Below are positions 1 to 8,767 of a stretch of 64,000 bases of DNA, piece by piece. The notes under the pieces were generated by a model. The model saw only the letters and a program-made list of their open reading frames with translations, was not told the DNA's origin and did no database searches. Source of the stretch: Acutalibacteraceae bacterium. Its GTDB lineage: Bacteria > Bacillota > Clostridia > Oscillospirales > Acutalibacteraceae. Position numbers and translations under genes: made by a program. The stretch lies in NCBI GenBank assembly GCA_045540195.1, contig JAZQGS010000001.1:28324-92323 (forward strand). Direction: 5' to 3'. The stretch's first letter is position 1, and each line of letters opens with the position of its first letter.

Positions 1-435
1 ACGCACAAAAACATAGGCGAGATTTTTGGTCGACGACTCCTGCTTCGAGTTGAACATACCGTAGCCGACGGTACCTGCATCGGTTGAAAGGTAGTAAAGC
101 TTCACCTTGACCTTCTGAGAGCTGCAGGTGAGCTGAACATCCTTTGTCTTTACGCCGCTGACCTCGGTGAAGGTTGAATCGGCATAGCGGTAAAAGCGGA
201 ATTTTCCGTCAGGATGCATCTCATAGAACAAATCCTTCTGCTCTGTCTGAACAAGCGGATAATCGGTCTGATGGCTTATAGGTGAAAGACTTTCAAGCTT
301 TTCACCTGTCGATGTGTCGATACTGCCCGTGATGCCTCTGAGAAAACCCTCACTGCCTGTCAGCACGGTGAAGGCAACTGCAATAACAAGCACAGCCGCA
401 AGAACACTGAGAACAATTTTATTGGTCTTAGTCAT
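1..435 (-). CDS. hypothetical membrane-anchored protein; C-terminal part runs off the window edge
   Basis: ATG at 435 with GAGGA on the reverse strand of 443-447. The frame is open to position 1. The N-terminus MTKTNKIVLSVLAAVLVIAVAFTVL is a single hydrophobic anchor. It is absent from the ORF track because there is no stop in the window. Confidence 0.55.
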   Translation of the reverse strand, partial: MTKTNKIVLSVLAAVLVIAVAFTVLTGSEGFLRGITGSIDTSTGEKLESLSPISHQTDYPLVQTEQKDLFYEMHPDGKFRFYRYADSTFTEVSGVKTKDVQLTCSSQKVKVKLYYLSTDAGTVGYGMFNSKQESSTKNLAYVFVR

Positions 436-445
436 AAATAATTCC

Positions 446-1204
446 TCACTTTATCGTCAGCTCAACGGGACAATGGTCTGAGCCGTAGATATCAGAATGA
501 ATTTTTGCGCCCTCAAGGCGGTCAGCCATATCGTCTGAAACAACGAAATAGTCAATACGCCAGCCGACATTCTTTTCTCGTGCCTTGAATCGGTATGACC
601 ACCAGCTGTAAGCATTTTCAAGGTCGGGATAAAAATAACGGAAGGTATCAATAAAGCCCGCTTCGAGAAGCTCGCAGAATTTGCCTCTTTCCTCGTCGGA
701 AAATCCGGGATTGCCGCGGTTGGTTTTTGGATTTTTAAGGTCGATTTCCTTATGCGCAACATTCAGGTCACCGCAGATAACAACACCCTTTGTCTTTTTA
801 AGCTCGCTTACATAGGCGCGCAAGGCATCCTCCCATTTCATACGGTGGTCAATTCTTTTAAGTCCGTCCTGAGCGTTGGGGACATATTCCGTGATGAAAT
901 AAAAATCAGGGAATTCGAGGGTAATGATTCGTCCCTCAGTGTCGAGCTCGTCAACGCCGATACCGTAACGGACGCTTATCGGCTCCTCCTTGGTGAAGAT
1001 TGCCGTGCCCGAATAACCCTTTTTTTCGGCATAGTGCCAATACTGGTGATAGCCGTCGAGGTTAAGCTCAAGCTGACCTTCCTGCATCTTCGTTTCCTGA
1101 AGGCAGAATATATCAGCGTCGAGAGCGTTGAAAACATCAATAAAGCCCTTTGTCATACAGGCACGGATGCCGTTTACATTCCACGAAATAAATTTTTTGC
1201 TCAA
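446..1204 (-). CDS. xth: exodeoxyribonuclease III (ExoIII/APE1 EEP family)
   Basis: Motifs FISWNVNGIRA, LQETK, GDLNVAHKEIDL and GSDHCPVELTI. The likely start is TTG at 1204, 7 nt after GGAGGTG. The track ORF extends to 1234. Confidence 0.9.
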   Translation of the reverse strand: MSKKFISWNVNGIRACMTKGFIDVFNALDADIFCLQETKMQEGQLELNLDGYHQYWHYAEKKGYSGTAIFTKEEPISVRYGIGVDELDTEGRIITLEFPDFYFITEYVPNAQDGLKRIDHRMKWEDALRAYVSELKKTKGVVICGDLNVAHKEIDLKNPKTNRGNPGFSDEERGKFCELLEAGFIDTFRYFYPDLENAYSWWSYRFKAREKNVGWRIDYFVVSDDMADRLEGAKIHSDIYGSDHCPVELTIK

Positions 1205-1417
1205 ATCGGCACACCTCCGCACTTTAAACCGCATTATAAAATGTATTATAACATATTAAATAGCAAAAATCTATTATTAAGCAATGTTTTTTTGCTTAGT
1301 TCACAAAAAATTAAAAAAGTCGAAAAAATGCTGGATTTTTTGATAGGTATGTGTTATTATGCTTATGTCTCTAAATGACGAAAAATATAAAATTTTAAAT
1401 GTAGGGAGAAGATTCGT

Positions 1418-2425
1418 ATGAAAAACACAATTTTTCAGTGCGTGACAGCAATTATTTGCGTAGTTGCTATCTCTGTAACAGGTATGATCGGCATGGGCAA
1501 GATTGGTGATGCTAAGATCGAGGCTGCTAAGCTTGCAGCTGAATCAGCAGGTAATGTATCAACAGATACAGGCGCAGTAGACGGCACAGTTGACGGTACA
1601 GTTGACGGTACAGTAGACGGCACAGTTGACGGTACAGTAGACGGTACAGTTGATGGCACAGTTGACGGCTCAGATGCAACAACACCTGACGCAGGCACAG
1701 ACGCAACAACACCCGATGCAGGTACAAACGCAACAACACCTAACGCAGGTGCTGACAACGGCCCCAAGGCTCCTGCAACAGCAGCAGAAATCACAGCTTA
1801 TTACAACAACGCTATCAATAAGGTTATTTCTTCAAAGGCCGGCTTCAAGAAGAGCAGAACAACTGTAATGCACAACCTTGACGGCGGTGCTCTCCTCAAG
1901 ATTCAGCTCGTTGTTGATATGGTTAACGACTTCCTCGGTGTTGGTACAGATAACTGGGATAACGCTAAGGGCAAGCAGGATAACCTCAGCAAGGCTTCAC
2001 TTTCAGCAGCTGATGTTAAGCAGGCTTCTTGCGCAGACAAGAACGGTATCTACACAATCACAATGACTCTTAAGGACGGTAACAGCTCAGCTAATGCTTC
2101 AGGCAACTCTGACACATCACCGCTCCAGAGATCAGGCGTTTTTGCAGGTAAGGGCGATAAGAAGGCTTACGACTACAAGAACTCTGAAAACATCCATACA
2201 GCTATCAACGGTGTTGATGATTGTACAGCAGAGTCAGCACTTGAGAAGGTAACAAACGCAAAGATCACAGCTGTTATCGACTCAAAGACAGGTAAGCTCC
2301 AGTCACTCACAGTTTCTTGGGATTGGTATGTTGAGCTTGCAAACGTTAAGTACACAATCGTTGGTATCAAGCAGGCTAAGGGTAACGCTACAACAACAGT
2401 TAAGCTTACTAATGTTCAGTGGTAA
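1418..2425 (+). CDS. membrane-anchored or secreted repeat protein, function unknown
   Basis: GGGAG RBS and an N-terminal hydrophobic segment IFQCVTAIICVVAISVTGMIG. This is followed by (GTVD)n and DATTPDAGT repeats and then a globular C-terminal domain. Confidence 0.75.
   Translation: MKNTIFQCVTAIICVVAISVTGMIGMGKIGDAKIEAAKLAAESAGNVSTDTGAVDGTVDGTVDGTVDGTVDGTVDGTVDGTVDGSDATTPDAGTDATTPDAGTNATTPNAGADNGPKAPATAAEITAYYNNAINKVISSKAGFKKSRTTVMHNLDGGALLKIQLVVDMVNDFLGVGTDNWDNAKGKQDNLSKASLSAADVKQASCADKNGIYTITMTLKDGNSSANASGNSDTSPLQRSGVFAGKGDKKAYDYKNSENIHTAINGVDDCTAESALEKVTNAKITAVIDSKTGKLQSLTVSWDWYVELANVKYTIVGIKQAKGNATTTVKLTNVQW
1571..1666 (+). repeat. eight tandem 12-nt units encoding G(A/T)VD
   Basis: Direct read of ggc/ggt aca gtt/gta gac repeated 8 times in frame inside CDS 1418-2425. 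Confidence 0.9.
1673..1753 (+). repeat. three tandem 27-nt units encoding DATTPDAGT / DATTPDAGT / NATTPNAGA
   Basis: Direct read of near-identical 27-mers in frame inside CDS 1418-2425. Confidence 0.85.
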
Positions 2426-2447
2426 TTAACGCTTAAAAACATATTTT

Positions 2448-2477
2448 GCCGGTACGGGCTTCCGTACCGGCTTTTTT
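2448..2477. terminator. intrinsic terminator between convergent genes
   Basis: Hairpin gccggtacgg-gctt-ccgtaccggc followed by tttttt. Confidence 0.8.
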
Positions 2478-2486
2478 ATGCTCATA

Positions 2487-3305
2487 TTAAACATTCCTTC
2501 TCCAATGGAAGAGATACTGCTGTGCAATGCCCTCAACGCCGTCACAGCATTCGGGCAGTCCCTCGGGGTAAAGCTCAGCCATAATTCTGCGCACCCACAC
2601 ATCAACGGGGAAGGCTTCAACACGACCGCAGCCGTAAAGCAGGGCGCATTCTGCAACCTTTGCGCCGACGCCCTTGATTTTTATCAGCTCCTCGCGAGCC
2701 TCGTCAATGTCGCAGGTGTGAAGCTTTTCAAGGTCAACCTCACCGCCTGTAACCTTCTGTGCGGCATCAATAATGTACTTGGCGCGGAAGCCCGAACGAA
2801 GCGGTGCGAGATCGTCCACGGTGAGCTCTGCGAGCCTTTCAGCGGTTGGAAAGGTGAAATCACCGCCGCCGAGGTCATCTCCGAAATTAAGGCACAGGCG
2901 CTCAATTATGCCCTTGATGCGCGGAATGTTGTTGTTCTGCGAAATAATGAATGAGCAAAGCGCCTCCCACGGCTCCTGCTTGAGAATACGGATGCCGGGA
3001 TATGCCTCGATCGCGGTTTTCAGGTGGCTGTCGGACTTTAGCTCTTCACAGATTTTGCCGTAATCTCTGCCTAGGTCGAAATATTCTTTCCAGAGCTCAA
3101 TATCATCCTCGCGAAGGTCGCCTTTTATCGTGATTGTGTCACCGTTCTGAGAAATATCAACCGCTTTTGAGCACGCAACACCGTGCCAGCTTCCGTCAGA
3201 ATTTTCACTCCAACGGAATGCCTGACCGCAGTCAAGAGAAAGGGGAATGCTCAGCGTGTCAACTGATGAAAAAATTATTGTGTTTTTGTCAAAAAAGCAT
3301 TTCAT
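2487..3305 (-). CDS. ogg: 8-oxoguanine DNA glycosylase/AP lyase (Ogg, HhH-GPD family)
   Basis: LDCGQAFRW near the N-terminus, HhH element IKGVGAKVAECALLYG, and a downstream FPVDVW Asp motif. The ATG at 3305 has an AGGTGA RBS. The track ORF extends to 3365, but a TTGACA -35-like element overlaps that start. Confidence 0.8.
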   Translation of the reverse strand: MKCFFDKNTIIFSSVDTLSIPLSLDCGQAFRWSENSDGSWHGVACSKAVDISQNGDTITIKGDLREDDIELWKEYFDLGRDYGKICEELKSDSHLKTAIEAYPGIRILKQEPWEALCSFIISQNNNIPRIKGIIERLCLNFGDDLGGGDFTFPTAERLAELTVDDLAPLRSGFRAKYIIDAAQKVTGGEVDLEKLHTCDIDEAREELIKIKGVGAKVAECALLYGCGRVEAFPVDVWVRRIMAELYPEGLPECCDGVEGIAQQYLFHWRRNV

Positions 3306-3419
3306 TGTATCACCTGCAAAATACTGAATATTCATTTTGTAACCTTTTGTAACAATGCTTGTCAAGTGGTTTTATGACAGTTTTGAATAGAAAAAATAGA
3401 TAGAATTTTTGCAAATCTT

Positions 3420-3605
3420 TGTGCAAAATATTACTAAAAAAGACTTGACAACGCAACAACATCGATTGTTAAAAATATAACGAACATTTGATTTTTTGAC
3501 GCAAAAATGTGGAAAACTTTGATAAATCAAGCTTTTTTGAGGCAGTTATCAACACTTTCAACAGGGTTTTCCACAGTTTTTAACCGAATTTTCAAGTTTT
3601 CCACA
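3420..3605. promoter_or_regulatory. cluster of DnaA-box-like 9-mers
   Basis: tgtgcaaaa 3420-3428 (reverse, 1 mismatch to TTTTCCACA). tgtggaaaa 3508-3516 (reverse TTTTCCACA). ttatcaaca 3546-3554 (1 mismatch to TTATCCACA). ttttccaca 3567-3575 and 3597-3605. An AT-rich tract follows at 3640-3760. Confidence 0.5.
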
Positions 3606-3768
3606 CTTCAACAGAAAATTTTGGAAACTCCATTTAATGTCATTTTTTGTCGAATATTATTCATTTTTGATGAATATTTTTGCATTGTTAAAGTTGCATA
3701 AAATGTTCTTCAGAAAGTATAAAATTCTATTCATAAGACAACAATACGGATGAATACATTAAAAAGAG

Positions 3769-4047
3769 GTGTCTGAATTGTTAAAGGGTGTCAACCATCA
3801 GATTATTGAGGTGTCAAAGCCGTCGTGTGAATATTTTGAGAGGGTAATTTTCTTTGTGAAGCCTGAATTTTCGTCTGTCAGCGAGGGGACATTGCGTGAG
3901 CGCGCAAGCACAATAGCGGGAGAAGCGGGTGCGCCTCCGCCGTCAAAGGTGCGTCAGGACAGGCTTCTGCTTGTTACTCGTCTTTTGTGTGCCGCAATCA
4001 CGGGTGCGGCGGTCACGATTATTGCTTCAAAGTTACTTTTTGGCTGA
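3769..4047 (+). CDS. small hypothetical protein with C-terminal hydrophobic tail
   Basis: Open frame of 92 codons. A TTG at 3778 lies 8 nt after AGAGG. A possible promoter is TTGCAT 3694-3699, 18 nt, TATAAA 3718-3723. The C-terminus LLLVTRLLCAAITGAAVTIIASKLL is hydrophobic. The 3' end overlaps nth by 15 nt. Confidence 0.45.
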   Translation: MSELLKGVNHQIIEVSKPSCEYFERVIFFVKPEFSSVSEGTLRERASTIAGEAGAPPPSKVRQDRLLLVTRLLCAAITGAAVTIIASKLLFG

Positions 4048-4671
4048 TTTGCAGAATCCGCGCATACAGCAGTTTTCACAATCGGGACGGCGCGCAACAC
4101 AGACTGCCCTGCCGTGAAGAACACAGCGATGGCAGAAGTCGTTACTCTCCTCGGGAGGAAGAATTTTTTTAAGCTCGGTTTCAACCTTGAAGGGATCCTT
4201 GGTGCTGACAAGACCGAGAAGATTCGAGATGCGGATAAGATGCGTGTCCGCAACAACGGCAGGCTTGCCGTAAACATCGCCGCAGATAAGGTTAGCGGTC
4301 TTTCTGCCGACACCGGGAAGCGAGGTCAGGTCCTCGATATTGTCGGGTACCTTGCCGTCAAAACGGGCAAGAATTTCCTGAGCCATTCCGATGATGTCGC
4401 GTGCCTTGGTGCGGAAAAATCCGCAGGAGCGCACAAGCTCCTCGACATCCTCGACCTTGGCGTTGGCATAGTCCTCAAGAGTTTTATATTTTTCAAAAAG
4501 GGCAGGGGTGATGAGATTCACCCTTGCATCCGTGCATTGAGCTGAAAGTCGGGTTGCAACGAGCAATTCAAAATCGTTGTCTGCATTAAGAGAGCATATT
4601 GCCTCGGGGTATTCTTTTTTAAGAGCCTCAACGGCAAGTAATGCTCTTTCTTTTTTTGTCATTATGCTCAC
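4033..4671 (-). CDS. nth: endonuclease III
   Basis: HhH-GPD LPGVGRKTANL, catalytic-region DTH, and C-terminal 4Fe-4S cluster CVARRPDCENCCMRGFC. Confidence 0.92.
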   Translation of the reverse strand: MSIMTKKERALLAVEALKKEYPEAICSLNADNDFELLVATRLSAQCTDARVNLITPALFEKYKTLEDYANAKVEDVEELVRSCGFFRTKARDIIGMAQEILARFDGKVPDNIEDLTSLPGVGRKTANLICGDVYGKPAVVADTHLIRISNLLGLVSTKDPFKVETELKKILPPEESNDFCHRCVLHGRAVCVARRPDCENCCMRGFCKSAKK

Positions 4672-4809
4672 CTCGGGGAGATTATATCAAAATAAGATAA
4701 GCTTTGCAAGAAAGAGATGCTTTGCTCGATTGATTTTTTGCGGTTGAAATAGTATAATCGGTATAAGATATGTGAAATAAAAAAACAAAATTATCGGTCA
4801 GGAGCACAA

Positions 4810-5337
4810 ATGAAAAAAATAATAGTGATAGGCTGTCCGGGAAGCGGAAAAACCACATTTTCAGAGAAGCTGCAAAAATGCACAGGCATTCCGCTGTATT
4901 ACCTTGATGCGATATGGCACAAGCCTGACAAGACTCATATTCCCAGAGAGGAGTTCGACAAAAGAATAGCAGAAATCTTTTCGACCTCCGAATGGATAAT
5001 TGACGGAAACTATAACAGAACTGTTGAAATGCGGATGAAGGAATGTGACACCGTTTTTCTGTTTGATTTGCCGACTGAGGTGTGCATACAGGGTGCGACA
5101 CAGCGACTTGGCAAGGGACGGTATGATTTGCCCTGGATAGAAAAAGAATTAGATCCTGAATTTGAAGGCTTTATTAAAGCTTTTTCGGAAGAGTCCTTGC
5201 CGAAAATATATGCTTTGATTGAAAAGTACAAAGCAGACAGGCAGGTTATAGTTTTCAAAAGCAGACAAGCGGCTGACAACTATATTAACGGGGTGATGAA
5301 TGAATATGCCGAGGAACGAAAACCTCAGAAATCTTAA
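4810..5337 (+). CDS. P-loop NMP-kinase-like protein (adenylate kinase / topology-modulation FlaR-like)
   Basis: Walker A IGCPGSGKTT at residues 7-16, about 175 aa, and no other domain seen. Confidence 0.75.
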   Translation: MKKIIVIGCPGSGKTTFSEKLQKCTGIPLYYLDAIWHKPDKTHIPREEFDKRIAEIFSTSEWIIDGNYNRTVEMRMKECDTVFLFDLPTEVCIQGATQRLGKGRYDLPWIEKELDPEFEGFIKAFSEESLPKIYALIEKYKADRQVIVFKSRQAADNYINGVMNEYAEERKPQKS

Positions 5338-6061
5338 CCGAATAGAATTTGTTGTCACAATGGCCTGTACGGGCAGGTGCAGACATTGCTCTCAGGGTGA
5401 GCACTCGAGCAACGACAGAATTGATAAAAAATCGGCATCTGATGCGGTGAGAAAAATCGCAAAAGAATACAATATCGACTCTGTTATGACTTTTGGCGGA
5501 GAGCCGTTGCTTTGTCCCGAAACGGTTTGTGAGATACATAAAGCGGCAAGAGAAATGAATATCCCTCACAGACAGCTTATAACAAACGGATATTTCAGTA
5601 TGGATTCCGAGCGGATAAGGCTTGTTGCCGAAAAGCTGATTGAAAGCGGTGTCAATGAAATTCTTCTTTCTGTTGATGCCTTTCATCAGGAAACTATTCC
5701 GATTGAATATGTGATTGAATTTGCGGCCGCTGTCAATAAAGCGGATGTCAGTCTGAAGGCTCATCCGGCATGGCTGGTCAGCCCCGACGCTGATAATCCG
5801 TATAACAGCGAGACAAGAGAAATACTCGGAATTTTCAACCGAATGGGTATCGCAACGAGCGAAGGCAATGTTATTTTTCCGAGCGGAAATGCGCTCAGGT
5901 ATTTTAAAGAATATTTTGATATGAACGATGAGGTCAGAAATCCCTATGAGGAAGACCCGACGGATATCCGTGCGATATGCTTTAGTGCAAACGGAGACAT
6001 CCTCGGCGGTAATATATATCGAAAGGATATAATTGATATTATCAGAGACTATCAGCCTTAA
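5300..6061 (+). CDS. small radical SAM protein, unknown substrate
   Basis: CTGRCRHC (CxxxCxxC) near the N-terminus and GGEPLL glycine-rich SAM motif. No SPASM-type extra Cys cluster. The start overlaps the upstream gene by 38 nt. Confidence 0.8.
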   Translation: MNMPRNENLRNLNRIEFVVTMACTGRCRHCSQGEHSSNDRIDKKSASDAVRKIAKEYNIDSVMTFGGEPLLCPETVCEIHKAAREMNIPHRQLITNGYFSMDSERIRLVAEKLIESGVNEILLSVDAFHQETIPIEYVIEFAAAVNKADVSLKAHPAWLVSPDADNPYNSETREILGIFNRMGIATSEGNVIFPSGNALRYFKEYFDMNDEVRNPYEEDPTDIRAICFSANGDILGGNIYRKDIIDIIRDYQP

Positions 6062-6155
6062 AAAGCAATCACTACTTTTTCCTTTCAGCTTATTGAAATT
6101 TATTTTCAGTATGATATAATTATTTTACTATTTCCCGAAAAGCGAGGCTTTAATT

Positions 6156-7385
6156 ATGAAAGAAAAAATCAATGTAGCCGTTATAGGCATCGGTAACCGC
6201 GGAAGCGGTATGCTCGGTACAATCTGTATGATGGATGATGTTAATGTTATCGGTGTTTGTGACGAGTATGAGGACAGAGTTCAGAAGGGTATTGACAGAG
6301 TAAAAAAAGAGAAGGGTACAACTCCGTTCGGTACTACTGATTATAGAAAGATTTTTGAGCTTGAGGGTCTCGACAGCGTTTATATCGCTACTGACTGGTC
6401 AACTCATGTCAAAATCGCAATCGAAGCTATGAAGGCAGGTATCCCTGCCGCTTCTGAGGTCGGCGGAGCCTACACTCTCGAGGAGTGCTGGGGTGTCGTT
6501 GACACTTACGAAAAGACAGGCGTATGGGCAATGTTTATGGAAAATTGCTGCTACGGCGAGCGCGAGCTTATGATACATAATATGGTCCGTGACGGAAAAT
6601 TCGGCAAGGTTGTTGCCTGCTCGGGCAAATACGCTCACGACCTTCGCGATGAGGTCTGCTACGGCACAAAGAACAGACATTACAGACTCCGCAATTACAT
6701 CTCCCGCAACTGCGAAAACTATCCGACACACGCACTCGGTCCTATCGCAAAGCTTCTTGACATCAACAGAGGCAACCGCTTTGTTTCTCTTACATCAGTC
6801 TGCTCAGGCTCAAACGGCCTCAAGGATTTCGTAAAGAAGCATAAGGACCTTCACGACGAGCTCAAAAAGACAGAGTTTGCACAGGCTGACATTGTCAAGA
6901 CCTTCATCAGAACAGAGCGCGGTGAGGTTATCGACCTTACACTTGATACCTGTCTTCCGCGTTTTTACAGCCGAGGCTATACAATAAGAGGTCTCAAGGG
7001 CCTTTATCAGGAGGACGGCGATATCGTTTATCTTGACAGAGAGCCGCACACAAACCACGAGTGGGATCAGGAGTATTTCTGGGGCAACGCAAAGAGATAC
7101 GAAAAGAAGTATAATCATCCTCTCTGGAAGAACACAACAAAGGAAATGATGGAGGCCGGCCACGGCGGAATGGACTGGCATGTGCTCCGCGCATGGGTTG
7201 AGACTGTCAAGAACGGCACAAAGCCTCCGATTGATGTTTACGATATGGCTGCCTGGATGAGCATTACCGCTCTTAGCGAGCAGTCACTTAAAAACGGCAG
7301 CTCAACAGTTGAAATTCCTGATTTCACACGCGGAAAGTATAAGAACCGCGAGCCTCAGGATGAGACTCCCTACACAATCAAATAA
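6156..7385 (+). CDS. Gfo/Idh/MocA-family NAD-binding oxidoreductase (GH109-like architecture)
   Basis: N-terminal Rossmann motif VAVIGIGNRGSGML, about 410 aa, and a possible promoter TTGAAA-16-TATAAT upstream. Confidence 0.8.
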   Translation: MKEKINVAVIGIGNRGSGMLGTICMMDDVNVIGVCDEYEDRVQKGIDRVKKEKGTTPFGTTDYRKIFELEGLDSVYIATDWSTHVKIAIEAMKAGIPAASEVGGAYTLEECWGVVDTYEKTGVWAMFMENCCYGERELMIHNMVRDGKFGKVVACSGKYAHDLRDEVCYGTKNRHYRLRNYISRNCENYPTHALGPIAKLLDINRGNRFVSLTSVCSGSNGLKDFVKKHKDLHDELKKTEFAQADIVKTFIRTERGEVIDLTLDTCLPRFYSRGYTIRGLKGLYQEDGDIVYLDREPHTNHEWDQEYFWGNAKRYEKKYNHPLWKNTTKEMMEAGHGGMDWHVLRAWVETVKNGTKPPIDVYDMAAWMSITALSEQSLKNGSSTVEIPDFTRGKYKNREPQDETPYTIK

Positions 7386-7421
7386 TTAAAGCAACCGACT
7401 AAGACGGTTGCTTAAGGAGAA

Positions 7422-8735
7422 ATGATTATGTTAAAGGCTATTATTTCGGTTTTTATGGCGGTCATCACCTTCTTCGGCTCACTGAGTGCCGCAAATATGA
7501 ATTTTTCTGCTCCTGCCGAGACAAGTGATTTTGTTCCTGTTCTCCGTTTTATGGTTGCGAGTGACACCCATGTCAAGGCGGCGGGTGACAAGCAGTACAG
7601 ACGAGTTCAGAGAGCTCTCAAGCTCAGCTACGCTATCGCTCAGGCTGACGCAAATTACAAAACCCTTGACGGCGTTATCTTTGCAGGTGACACAACAGAC
7701 GACGGACTTCAGTCTCAGCGCTGTGCATTCAAGAGCGCAATCGACAGCGTGATCCTGCCTGAAACTCAGGTTATGCCGCTTCTTGCTCAGGCTCACGACG
7801 GCGGAACATATGACTTTGAATCTCTTGATTATTTCAAGATGCTTCACGGTGTTGACGCAACAGACAATCATTATGTAATCAACGGATACCATTTCATCAC
7901 AATGTCACGCGCCTATGTTGACGGCGTGCGTTATGCCGACTATCAGCGTGAATGGCTCAGAGCGGAGCTCGAAAAGGCAGTTGCCGATGATCCGACAAAG
8001 CCGATTTTCTTCGCACAGCACGAGCATGTTGACAAGACTGTTTACGGCAGCTCCGATTTCGAGGGCTGGGACGATGAGTTCTTCAAGGATATCTTCCTTG
8101 AGTATCCTCAGCTTGTTCATTTCTCAGGCCATTCACATTATCCCCTGAGCGACCCGCGTTCATTGTGGCAGGGTGAGTTTACCGCAATCGGAACAGGCGC
8201 ACTTTACTATGTCGAGCTTACTGTTGAGGATGTTCGTACCGTTCATCCCGACGGCTATAAGGATGAGGCACAATATTGGATTGTTGAGGTTGACGCAGAC
8301 AATCGCGTAAGACTTCTCGGTATCGACCTTGAGGAGGAGAAGGTGCTCGTTGAGTATATTCTCGATAATCCTGCAGACCCAGCAAACCGCGAATACACAC
8401 CCGAAAAGCAGTCGGCAAGATCAACTGCACCCGTGTTTGCAGAGGATGCAAAGGTTGAAACGGAAAAGACTCTCGGCGCTGTAAAGCTTACCTTTGATTC
8501 GGCAAAGTCAACAGACGGAACACCCGTTTATCTTTACAGAATCAAGGTTGCCGATTCGGACGGCAAAGAGGTTTATAACGACTGGCTTCTTCCGAAATAT
8601 TATTCGGCAACGGTTGATGCGACAAACACAGTATCACTCGGTGTCTTAGAGAAGGGCGAATACACCGCAACAATTACGGCAGAAACCGTATACGGAGTTC
8701 AGTCAGAAGCACTTACATTAACATTTACAAAATAA
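7422..8735 (+). CDS. secreted calcineurin-like metallophosphoesterase
   Basis: Signal-like N-terminus plus the metallophosphoesterase motifs ASDTHV, GDTTDDG, HEH and GHSH. Confidence 0.85.
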   Translation: MIMLKAIISVFMAVITFFGSLSAANMNFSAPAETSDFVPVLRFMVASDTHVKAAGDKQYRRVQRALKLSYAIAQADANYKTLDGVIFAGDTTDDGLQSQRCAFKSAIDSVILPETQVMPLLAQAHDGGTYDFESLDYFKMLHGVDATDNHYVINGYHFITMSRAYVDGVRYADYQREWLRAELEKAVADDPTKPIFFAQHEHVDKTVYGSSDFEGWDDEFFKDIFLEYPQLVHFSGHSHYPLSDPRSLWQGEFTAIGTGALYYVELTVEDVRTVHPDGYKDEAQYWIVEVDADNRVRLLGIDLEEEKVLVEYILDNPADPANREYTPEKQSARSTAPVFAEDAKVETEKTLGAVKLTFDSAKSTDGTPVYLYRIKVADSDGKEVYNDWLLPKYYSATVDATNTVSLGVLEKGEYTATITAETVYGVQSEALTLTFTK

Positions 8736-8740
8736 AAAAA

Positions 8741-8765
8741 GCGACTCGTCAGAGTCGCTTTTTTC
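8741..8765. terminator. bidirectional intrinsic terminator
   Basis: Hairpin agcgactc-gtca-gagtcgct flanked by an A-tract and a T-tract. Confidence 0.8.
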
Positions 8766-8767
8766 GG

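Noticed and set aside
752-1378. 208-aa ORF on the plus strand.
   Set aside because: It is entirely antisense to the well-supported xth gene. It has no RBS and a low-complexity translation.
3507-3701. 64-aa ORF in the ogg/nth intergenic region.
   Set aside because: There is no Shine-Dalgarno sequence. The sequence is AT-rich and coincides with the DnaA-box 9-mers. The ORF is most likely a by-product of the regulatory sequence.
7390-7414. Hairpin aagcaaccg-actaaga-cggttgctt as a terminator after the oxidoreductase gene.
   Set aside because: No T-tract follows and it abuts the RBS of the next gene. It may be an mRNA stability element, but it is not callable as a terminator.
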